In this document: one piece after another, positions 1 through 7,681 of the stretch | How the letters are laid out: each line of letters starts with the position of its first letter | Numbering within the stretch: the first letter of the stretch is position 1 | Assembly: GCA_050949565.1 (NCBI GenBank) | Contig: JBMNFY010000008.1 | Span: 224,001 to 288,000, forward strand | Reading direction: 5' to 3' | Source of the DNA: Kiritimatiellia bacterium | GTDB taxonomy: Bacteria > Verrucomicrobiota > Kiritimatiellia > RFP12 > UBA1067 | DNA: 64,000 nucleotides | The notes under the pieces: generated by a model | Told to the model about the DNA's origin: nothing | What the model saw: the letters and a program-made list of their open reading frames with translations, nothing else | Databases searched by the model: none | Program-made: the position numbers and the translations under genes

Positions 1-85
1 CAGCATCAGGAGGAGCCATGATCTCTGATTGTAGAGGAAACTTCATGAAAAAAAGTGTGTTGAAAACTATTACCGCAACGTTGAC

Positions 86-205
86 TGGGAGAAATGGGGT
101 CGTAGTTTGACATTAGACATTCAAGTGGGAGAAATGGGGTCGTAGTTTGACATTAGACATTCAAGTGGGAGAAATGGGGTCGTAGTTTGACATTAGACAT
201 TCAAG
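86..205 (+). repeat. Three perfect tandem copies of a 40-bp unit containing the left inverted repeat of the Y1/RAYT-like element
   Basis: TGGGAGAAATGGGGTCGTAGTTTGACATTAGACATTCAAG at 86-125, 126-165 and 166-205, with no spacers. Confidence 0.97.
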
Positions 206-375
206 GGTTGTTCAGCGTTTTCGCGGTGTGGTCATGTGTTGCCGTGGCAAGGCAACTGAGGCACCTCCGAAGGGATGGTGGTGCGGTTGAAAACCGACAA
301 CGCCTTGCACCGGTCGACCGTGTACGTATCAAGGCTACTGGGGAAACGAAAAGTCTAATGTCAAACTACGACCCC
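176..375 (+). mobile_element. Non-autonomous internally deleted derivative (MITE-1) of the 18458-19598 element
   Basis: Left IR 176-201 and right IR 350-375 (AAAGTCTAATGTCAAACTACGACCCC). The interior fuses the transposase 5' end (GCAAGGCAACTGAGGCACC) to its 3' end (GGATGG..GCCTTGCA..ACTGG..AAACGAA). Confidence 0.92.
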
Positions 376-395
376 GACAGACGCCAACAGACGTA

Positions 396-450
396 TTTAA
401 CTCAGAACACTGAACGTCGAACTCTGAACTCTGAAGGTGAAAACTCCTTG
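396..450 (+). repeat. Heptamer-tract module (GAACTCT-type), near-identical to 54842-54896
   Basis: TTTAACTCAGAACACTGAACGTCGAACTCTGAACTCTGAAGGTGAAAACTCCTTG; an opposite-orientation GTTGAAC tract lies at ~537-561. Confidence 0.85.
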
Positions 451-600
451 CCTATAACTTACAGCGATCAAGGTTATCTTCATTTAAATGCCAGTGTGAA
501 GCGTGGGCGGCGGGCTAACCAATTACCCGAGATAGAAGTTGAACGTTGAGCGCTGGGCGTTCTTTTGTTACGGTACCCCAAACGCTTTTCACAGGAGAAG

Positions 601-3600
601 ATGCAAATGCGGAAAGTTTATGGGGGAATCGGTCTGCTGCTCGCAACTACGGCGTTATTCGCGTACGCGCAGCAGACTCCGGTCGCAGTATGGCAGGCCT
701 ACGCGGATGACATGGCGCGCCGACCGGGCATGGTGCGTTTCTACACCTTGTTCGACGATGCCACGCAGCAACCCGACCGCGCCGGTTCGGAAAACGTACT
801 GGCCTACCGTCCGTACAAAGGTGCGCCTCTCGCTACCGAACCCGGACGTATCGCCGACCGGACGGCGGTGGTGCTCGACAGTGATTATTTTGAGACCGCG
901 TCCGTTCTCTTCCCCAGCAATGCCTTCACCGTGACCCTCTGGGTGCGTCCGCTCGGTACCGGCACGCAGACCGGCAACGGCGGCAGCGCCAATGGCATGC
1001 TGGCGTGCAGCGGCAGCGGATACACGGACGGCTGGCGTTTGGTCGTTTACGATTGGAAGACGCGTCTGGTCTCTTTTCAAATCGGACGCGAGAAGGGCGC
1101 GATCACGCTCTGCGCCAACGATCCGCTGAGCGCCGGTTTCTGGAACCACCTCGCCGCCACGTGGGACGGCGCTCACATGCGTCTCTACATCAACGGCACC
1201 CTCTCCGCCGAAAGCCCCTATAACGGCACCCTTATCCCGTCGAAATCTTCGCTGAAGATCGGTTTCGCCAACCATGGCGTGGGCTCGTTACGCATGGCGG
1301 TTGACGAATGCGCGCTTTTTGACCGCGCCCTCCCCGCCCCGGCCCTCGCGGCACTTTCGCTGAACGGTGCCCCGCTGAGCGACACGTTGGCTGAGCAGGT
1401 GTGCGCCCTCCAAATGGTCGCCCTTGATTCGGAACGCGCCGCCGACTTCACCCGCGCCGCGCAGAAAATCGCGTCTGACACGCACGCCTCCGCCGCATGG
1501 CGGCATTGGGCCGCGCTGGCTGTCGCGCGTCGAAACGCCGACACCGCAGCATGTGTCGCTTTGGTCGATGACCTTTCTGCGCCGTCCCATCTGCGCGGCA
1601 TGGCGCTCGAAGCACTGACCCAAGCCGCGCGCAAGGGCACAGAATTGCCGAGCCGCGTGCTGGTCAAACTGCCCGAGTATCTGGAGCTTGACGCTGATGA
1701 TCAACGCCTCTTCGCCTTGGCGCTCGCCGACGCCCATGCGCGCGAAGGCAACGTCGATGCCGCCTCGGCCGTTTTCGATCAGCTCCTCTCTTTCCCCGAC
1801 ATGCTGCCGATCGACGCCGCTGAAGTTCGTCAGCGTTGTGCCCGGATCCTGCGGCAAGCCGACCGCTTCGATGCCGCGCGCGACCACTATGCGGCTGTAC
1901 GCGACGACGCGCGTCTGCCCGCGTACGTCCGCGCCATCGCCGCACTCGGTCTGGCGCAGACGTGGCGTCAGGCCGGATGTCTGGAGCAGGCCGAAGCCGC
2001 CTTCCATGACGCAGCCGGTGTGACCAACGCCCCGCCCCATCTGACCGAAGAAGCGCGCGCCTGCGCCGAGGCCTGCGCCAACCTGCGCGCGGGACGCCCG
2101 GCCCGCGACCCGGAGGCTCCCCGCCAACGCCTGCCCGCCCTGCCGCAACCCGCACTCGCCTTCTATGTCTCGCCCAAAGGCGACGATCAAGGCGCGGGAA
2201 CGTTTGAGCAGCCCTTCGCCACACTGGAACGGGCGCGCGACGCGATCCGCGCACAGCGCAAAAATGGCGTCCTGCCGCGCGGTGGCGTCACCGTCTATCT
2301 GCGCGGCGGCACCTATCCGGTCACCAATACCTTCACGCTGACTGAGATCGATTCCGGCAGCAGCGGTGCGCCTGTCGTCTACCGCGCCTGGCGTGATGAA
2401 CGGCCGGTTTTCGACGGCGGTTTCCGCGTGCGCCAACTGCGAACCGTGCGCGACAAAGACGTGCTCGCACGGCTGCCAGCCGAAGCACGCGGCAAGGTGA
2501 AGGTGGCCGACCTCAAGGCGCAGGGTTATCCGTCGTTCGCGCCCCAGCAGAGTTTCGGCTACGGCATCAACAATAAGACGATGCGCGAACTGTTCGAGGA
2601 CGGCCAGCCCCTGACCGTCGCGCGCTGGCCGAACAGCGGCACGGTCATGACCGGCCCGGTGCTTGATTCGACCAACCACGTCTTCACCTTCACCTCTGAG
2701 CGCCTGGCGCGTTGGTCGCAAGCCAAGGACGTTATGGCCAACGGCTACTGGTACCACCTCTGGGCGGTCTGCGCCGTCCCGCTCGGCGTCGACACCGCCG
2801 CCCGCACTTTGACGCTCAGGGAGCGTCCGGGCGGATACGGCGTGCGCGCCGAGCGTCCGTTTTACGTCTTCAACCTGCTGGAGGAGATCGACCAGCCCGG
2901 CGAGTGGTACATGGACAGCGAAACCGGCAATCTGTATGTCTGGCCGAACCGCCACCCTTGGTTCAGCACGCTCGTGCTTTCACGTTGGGACAAGCCCTTC
3001 ATCCAAGCGGATCAGGTGCGCGACGTCGTCTTCCAAGGGTTGACCTTTGAATACGGCCAGCAGCACGGCCTTGTGCTCAATGCCTGCGTCAACACCATCG
3101 TCGCCGGTTGCGTGATCCGCCGCTTGGGCGGCAGCGCGATCATTGCACCCAACAGCGCAAACCTGAAACTGTACGGCAACCGGCTGCACACGTTGGGGCA
3201 CACCGGCATACATGTCGGCGGCGGTAATCGCCGCAACCTCACCTCCGGTCAGGTGCAGATCGAGAACAACGAGGTCCACCACTTCGGCCGCTGCTCCCGC
3301 ACCTACAACCCCGCCGTGCTGCTGGAGGGCTGCGGCGCGCGCGTCGCGTACAACCACTTCCATCACGCGCCGTCCAGCGCCATGCGCATCGAGGGCAACG
3401 ACCACCTGATCGAATACAACGACGTCCACCATGTGGTTCAGGAATCGGACGATCAGGGCGGTATCGACATGTGGTGCAATCCCTCATACCGCGGCGTGGT
3501 GATCCGCTTCAACCGCTGGCGCGACATCGGCGGCGGCGAGCATGTGCCGTGCGGCCAGGCCGGCATTCGCTTTGATGACGCGATCAGCGGCATGTTGGTC

Positions 3601-4059
3601 TACGGCAACCTCTTCGAGCGGACGTCGAACGGCAATTTCGGCGGCGTCCAGATCCACGGTGGCCACAACAACATCATCGATAACAATCTCTTTATCGACT
3701 GCCGCTACGGCGTCAGCTTTTCGCCGTGGGGCCAGAAGCGCTGGACGGAGTTTTTGGGACGCGACCACATCAAGCGGTTGATCTTTACCGATGTTGATGT
3801 CCGCCGCCTCCCCTATTCGCGGCGTTATCCGGAATTGGCCGAACTCGGCACACGCGCCGACCTTAACAGTATCTGGCGCAACGTGTTTGTGAATGCAGAA
3901 GCACCCTACCGTAGAAAGCCGAAAGGTACCGACACATGGGATAATCTGGCGCTTGCCGCAGTACCGGCAAGCGATACCGGCGCGGCGTCGGTTTTCCGTG
4001 CGCTACCGCTCGACGAAATCGGAACGTACGATGACCCATGCGCCGCAGTTGATGAATGA
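601..4059 (+). CDS. Secreted LamG/ConA-like + TPR-like + right-handed parallel beta-helix protein (putative polysaccharide-active)
   Basis: Signal peptide after MQMRK; LamG motif WNHLAATWDG..LYING; FYVSPKGDD..GTFEQPFATLERARDAIR..VYLRGGTY beta-helix entry; start chosen at ATG 601. Confidence 0.85.
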   Translation: MQMRKVYGGIGLLLATTALFAYAQQTPVAVWQAYADDMARRPGMVRFYTLFDDATQQPDRAGSENVLAYRPYKGAPLATEPGRIADRTAVVLDSDYFETASVLFPSNAFTVTLWVRPLGTGTQTGNGGSANGMLACSGSGYTDGWRLVVYDWKTRLVSFQIGREKGAITLCANDPLSAGFWNHLAATWDGAHMRLYINGTLSAESPYNGTLIPSKSSLKIGFANHGVGSLRMAVDECALFDRALPAPALAALSLNGAPLSDTLAEQVCALQMVALDSERAADFTRAAQKIASDTHASAAWRHWAALAVARRNADTAACVALVDDLSAPSHLRGMALEALTQAARKGTELPSRVLVKLPEYLELDADDQRLFALALADAHAREGNVDAASAVFDQLLSFPDMLPIDAAEVRQRCARILRQADRFDAARDHYAAVRDDARLPAYVRAIAALGLAQTWRQAGCLEQAEAAFHDAAGVTNAPPHLTEEARACAEACANLRAGRPARDPEAPRQRLPALPQPALAFYVSPKGDDQGAGTFEQPFATLERARDAIRAQRKNGVLPRGGVTVYLRGGTYPVTNTFTLTEIDSGSSGAPVVYRAWRDERPVFDGGFRVRQLRTVRDKDVLARLPAEARGKVKVADLKAQGYPSFAPQQSFGYGINNKTMRELFEDGQPLTVARWPNSGTVMTGPVLDSTNHVFTFTSERLARWSQAKDVMANGYWYHLWAVCAVPLGVDTAARTLTLRERPGGYGVRAERPFYVFNLLEEIDQPGEWYMDSETGNLYVWPNRHPWFSTLVLSRWDKPFIQADQVRDVVFQGLTFEYGQQHGLVLNACVNTIVAGCVIRRLGGSAIIAPNSANLKLYGNRLHTLGHTGIHVGGGNRRNLTSGQVQIENNEVHHFGRCSRTYNPAVLLEGCGARVAYNHFHHAPSSAMRIEGNDHLIEYNDVHHVVQESDDQGGIDMWCNPSYRGVVIRFNRWRDIGGGEHVPCGQAGIRFDDAISGMLVYGNLFERTSNGNFGGVQIHGGHNNIIDNNLFIDCRYGVSFSPWGQKRWTEFLGRDHIKRLIFTDVDVRRLPYSRRYPELAELGTRADLNSIWRNVFVNAEAPYRRKPKGTDTWDNLALAAVPASDTGAASVFRALPLDEIGTYDDPCAAVDE

Positions 4060-4073
4060 ACGCTCAACCTATT

Positions 4074-4175
4074 GAAAATCTTGCAAAACCCCTTGCGTTC
4101 GGGTGTGGCACGGGCATCTTGCCCGTGTTTCATGGGCGGGACGCCCATGCCACGAGGAGGTTTTGCAAGAGCCTC
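4074..4175 (+). mobile_element. 101-bp-family MITE, intergenic copy (102 bp, eroded left end)
   Basis: TCTTGCAAAACCCC...GTGGCACGGGCATCTTGCCCGTG TTT CATGGGCGGGACGCCCATGCCAC...GGTTTTGCAAGAGCCTC. Confidence 0.9.
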
Positions 4176-4183
4176 AACCCATT

Positions 4184-6949
4184 ATGAAAACATCCATCCG
4201 CCTCATCGCCCTGCTGCCCGTCCTCGCCACTTTGGCAGGACGCGCAGCCGAAGAAGCGCCCCTCACCGCGCTACCGCCGCAACCGACTGAAGACCGGTCG
4301 CCAGCCGAACGCTTCGCCAATCCGCCCGCGTCGGCCCGTTTCCTGCGTATCATCCACGCCCAGCGCGACAAACCGCAAGAGCAGGACAAGCACCTGCTCA
4401 AACTGGCCGAACAGGGGTTCGGCGGTTTCGCGAGCAACGTCGCCTTTGACGGCTACGTCGAGGATGAAACCAAGTGGCCGCCTTTTATACGCGGCGTGAA
4501 GATGGCCCAAGCATCCGGCATGTCGCTCTGGCTCTACGACGAACGCGGCTATCCCTCGGGCAGCGCGGGTGACCTCACCTTGCGCGGTCACCCGGAATGG
4601 GCCGCGCGCGGTCTGCTGATCGCCGAGACAAACGTCACGGGCGGCGCGACAGCATCGCTCGCATTGCCGCCCGGCCGCCTCGTAGCGGCGGTGGCCGTGC
4701 CGCGACACGACGGCGTGATCGCGCTCGACCGTGCGGTTGATCTCACCGCATCGGTCGCGGACGGACGCCTCTCATGGCAGGCACCGGACGGCGAGTGGTT
4801 CGTGACGGTCATGACCGACGACCTGATCTATGAAGGCACCCATGCCGCTATCAGCCTGGCCTACAAGAAACCGTGCATCGACCTGCTGACGCCCGAGCCG
4901 ACCGCGCGCTTCTTGGAAGTCACGCACGACCGCTATGCGGCCAAGCTAGGCAAGGACCTTGGCCGTTATTTCGTCTCGACCTTCACGGACGAACCATCGC
5001 TGCAAAACCTCTGGTTCCGTCCCATGCCCTACCGCGTATTGCCGTGGTCGCTCACGTTCGAGAGCGAATTCCAAAAACGTCGCGGCCGCGCACTGCGCCC
5101 GTTGCTGCCGGCACTGGTCACCGACGCGGGGCCGATCGGTGCCCGCGCCCGTTACGATTTCTGGAACACGGTCGGCGAGTTGGTCTCTGAAAACTTCTTC
5201 GGCCAGATTCAAACGTGGTGCGCCCGCCACAACATCCTCTCGGGCGGCCACCTGCTGGCCGAAGAGAGTCTGGTGGGCCACGTGCCGCTTTACGGCGACT
5301 TCTTCCGCTGCGCCCGTCGGCTCGATGCGCCCAGCATCGACTGCCTCACCAGTCTACCGCCCGGCGTGCCGTGGTACATCGCGCGCATGATCGGCAGTAT
5401 CGCCGATCTGGAGGGCTACACCTACACGATGTGCGAGGTCTCCGACCACAGCCAGCGCTATCGTCCCAAAGGCGACACGCGACCGATTCAAGTCGTGACC
5501 GAGGACGAGATCCGCGGCACCTGCAACCGGCTCATCTGGGGCGGCATCAACACCCTCACCAGTTACTACTCCTTCAAAGACCTCAGCGACGACCAGTTGC
5601 GTCGGCTCAATACGCATGTCGGGCGCTGCCAGACCCTGCTGCGCGGCGGTCACCAAGTGACCGACATCGCCGTGCTCTACCCGATCGAGAGCATCTGGAC
5701 CGTCTTCACGCCGGCCTATCGCGGCGCAAGTTCTGAACCGGCGGCGCACCGGATCGAGAGCACCTTCGACGGCGTAAGCACAGCGCTCTACTCCGCGAAC
5801 CGCGACTTCCGCTATGTGGACGCGCGCGCCCTGTGCGAGGCGTCGGTCGATGGCGACACCATGCGCCACGGCGACCTGCGCTGGCGCGTGCTGGTGCTGC
5901 CGGCGGCCAGCACCCTACCGATGGCCGCTTGGCAGAAAGTCCAGCGCTTCTGGCAGAACGGCGGCACCGTCATCGCCATCGGCACCTTACCGGCCAACAG
6001 CGAATCGGACTTCCCCTCGTCTGCCGTGCAGACGATCGCGCGCGAGATGTTCGGCACGGAGACGCTACCGAATATCGTCACGAACCGCGCCGGTGGCGCA
6101 GGTATCGCGCTGCCGTTCAGCATGCTTGCGCTGACGCCGAAGATGATCGACGCCGTTTTGGAGCGCGACGCCACCTGTGATAATGTGCACGACCCCATCA
6201 AGATCACGCGCCGCCGCGTCGACGGCCATGACCTCTATTTCGCGATCAACGACAGCGCCACCGCATGGGATGGCACCGTACGCTTCTGCGGTGACGGCGT
6301 ACGCGAACAGTGGGACCCGGCGACCGGCACCAGCAGCGCAGTCGCGGAAGCGACGCGCGTCCCCCTGCACCTCGGACCGTACGGCGCGATGTTTTTCCGC
6401 ACGCCGCAGGCTGGCGTTCCGCGCCGCCTCACGAAAACCGCCTCGGTCGCGCTCAAGATGACGTGCAAGCCCCTGCCGGAGGCCGGTCAGCCCACAGCCG
6501 GCAAAGGCACCTACGTGCGCAGCGAACTGAACAAAGACCCGACTGGTGGTTGGCGCGCATTAGCCACGTTGACCCGTGGGCAGGTCGACACCTTCCTTTT
6601 TGTCAACTTCCCCTACGCGCAACCGCTCGATCTCTCCGGTTATGCAGGGCTGGTCCTCGACACCGCCGTCCCGACGGGCCAGCGCACGCCCGCCGAGCTT
6701 CTGGTCTTCATTCAAACGGTCGACGGCGGCACCTATCTCGGACATTCGGGACGCTTCCTGAACGAAGCAGGAACGGCACGCGCCTATGCGCTCTTCGGCC
6801 AGTTCTCCGCCTTCGGCAACACCAAGAAAGCACTGGACCTCACCCAAGTCACCGCCATCCGCATCGGCTGGGGCGGTTACTTCGGCAGCGAAGGCGAAGT
6901 GATCGACCTCACCGTCCACCCACCGCAAGCGCTATCGCTTTCAAACTAG
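4184..6949 (+). CDS. Secreted glycoside hydrolase, GH106/alpha-L-rhamnosidase-like
   Basis: Signal peptide MKTSIRLIALL; RFANPPASAR, WLYDERGYPSGSAG, FTDEPSL and WCARHN..SGGHLLAEE motifs. The ORF-track extension upstream of 4184 is MITE sequence. Confidence 0.75.
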   Translation: MKTSIRLIALLPVLATLAGRAAEEAPLTALPPQPTEDRSPAERFANPPASARFLRIIHAQRDKPQEQDKHLLKLAEQGFGGFASNVAFDGYVEDETKWPPFIRGVKMAQASGMSLWLYDERGYPSGSAGDLTLRGHPEWAARGLLIAETNVTGGATASLALPPGRLVAAVAVPRHDGVIALDRAVDLTASVADGRLSWQAPDGEWFVTVMTDDLIYEGTHAAISLAYKKPCIDLLTPEPTARFLEVTHDRYAAKLGKDLGRYFVSTFTDEPSLQNLWFRPMPYRVLPWSLTFESEFQKRRGRALRPLLPALVTDAGPIGARARYDFWNTVGELVSENFFGQIQTWCARHNILSGGHLLAEESLVGHVPLYGDFFRCARRLDAPSIDCLTSLPPGVPWYIARMIGSIADLEGYTYTMCEVSDHSQRYRPKGDTRPIQVVTEDEIRGTCNRLIWGGINTLTSYYSFKDLSDDQLRRLNTHVGRCQTLLRGGHQVTDIAVLYPIESIWTVFTPAYRGASSEPAAHRIESTFDGVSTALYSANRDFRYVDARALCEASVDGDTMRHGDLRWRVLVLPAASTLPMAAWQKVQRFWQNGGTVIAIGTLPANSESDFPSSAVQTIAREMFGTETLPNIVTNRAGGAGIALPFSMLALTPKMIDAVLERDATCDNVHDPIKITRRRVDGHDLYFAINDSATAWDGTVRFCGDGVREQWDPATGTSSAVAEATRVPLHLGPYGAMFFRTPQAGVPRRLTKTASVALKMTCKPLPEAGQPTAGKGTYVRSELNKDPTGGWRALATLTRGQVDTFLFVNFPYAQPLDLSGYAGLVLDTAVPTGQRTPAELLVFIQTVDGGTYLGHSGRFLNEAGTARAYALFGQFSAFGNTKKALDLTQVTAIRIGWGGYFGSEGEVIDLTVHPPQALSLSN

Positions 6950-6959
6950 ACTGAAATCG

Positions 6960-7065
6960 CCTTGAGCCGGTCAAAAAAACGAATATAGCGGAACACATAG
7001 CCGCCGTCGACCTTTTCGAGGACGCCGGCCGGCGTGTCGCGATAATAGACTGTGCCCTTTTTCAT
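6960..7065 (-). pseudogene. Frameshifted, truncated HipA N-terminal (Couple_hipA) remnant
   Basis: ATG overlaps the stop of the upstream HTH gene (ATATGA); reads MKKGTVYYRDTPAGV then, in another frame, LEKVDGGYVFRY; no kinase domain follows. Confidence 0.6.
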
Positions 7066-7259
7066 ATGCCGACCGTCACTTTGTAGCCGAGGGTTTTAGC
7101 CACTTTGAGAAGCACATCGAGGGTGACGTTGCCACGCGCTGTTTCCAAATTGGAAAGCGTGTGCACTGATACACCGCTCAACTTCGCCAGCCGTGCTTGC
7201 GTAATATCGAGGGTCTCGCGCCTCACGGCAAACGCCTTTCCTATCTCCTCTTTGTTCAT
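7062..7259 (-). CDS. XRE-family HTH regulator / HipB-like antitoxin
   Basis: MNKEEIGKAFAVRRETLDITQARLAKLSGVSVHTLSNLETARGNVTLDVLLKVAKTLG. Confidence 0.85.
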   Translation of the reverse strand: MNKEEIGKAFAVRRETLDITQARLAKLSGVSVHTLSNLETARGNVTLDVLLKVAKTLGYKVTVGI

Positions 7260-7339
7260 CAGAATGAATAACACCTTCTCATTACGACAAAGCAAGCCCG
7301 AAAATCAGCAGATTTTTCATTATGATGAATGACCGATTA

Positions 7340-7681
7340 TAGGCTGGAGGGCGAGCCGCAACCGCGCTGCGCGCGGATTGTGGCACGGGCATCTTGCCCG
7401 TGTGGCGGCGTGAAACGCCGCCGGTCAAGCAGACGCTTGACCCTCCCGGCGCTTCGCGAGCCCGGTCATAGGCTGGAGGGCGAGCGTCCCCGCGAGCCGC
7501 AGCCGCGCTGCGCGCGGATTTAGGATTTAGCCCGCCGCGCGGCTTCGCCGCGAAAAAACCACGGGGTAACTATGACAAAATGTCCAAGTTATAGGTAAGG
7601 ATTTAGGATTTAGGAGCCGCGCCCGCCCGTTTTTACACTCATCCCAGAAAAACCTCTGCGTCTCTGCGCCTCTGCGTTAAA
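7340..7681. repeat. Mosaic intergenic repeat cluster (REP composite, TTAGGAT heptamers, CGCAGAG triad)
   Basis: GTGG-REP 7380-7402, GTGGCGGCG hairpin, inverted GGAG-REP 7423-7446, GGAG-REP 7475-7498; triad at 7652-7681 overlaps the permease stop. Confidence 0.85.

Noticed and set aside
86-205. CRISPR array
   Set aside because: The units are contiguous and identical with no spacers, the sequence is a transposase-flanking IR, and there are no cas genes.
187-549. 120-aa ORF
   Set aside because: Read-through of MITE-1 and heptamer tracts; no independent coding evidence.
4066-4183. 8-bp TSD AACCTATT / AACCCATT around the 4074 MITE copy
   Set aside because: Imperfect and inconsistent with the 4-bp TSDs of the cleanest copies; may be chance or secondary.
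4072-4290. ORFs containing GVARASCPC / MGVPPMKHGQDARAT (also 3906-4148, 8467-8952, 20476-20926, 52454-52705)
   Set aside because: Alternative open frames of the 101-bp MITE, not genes.
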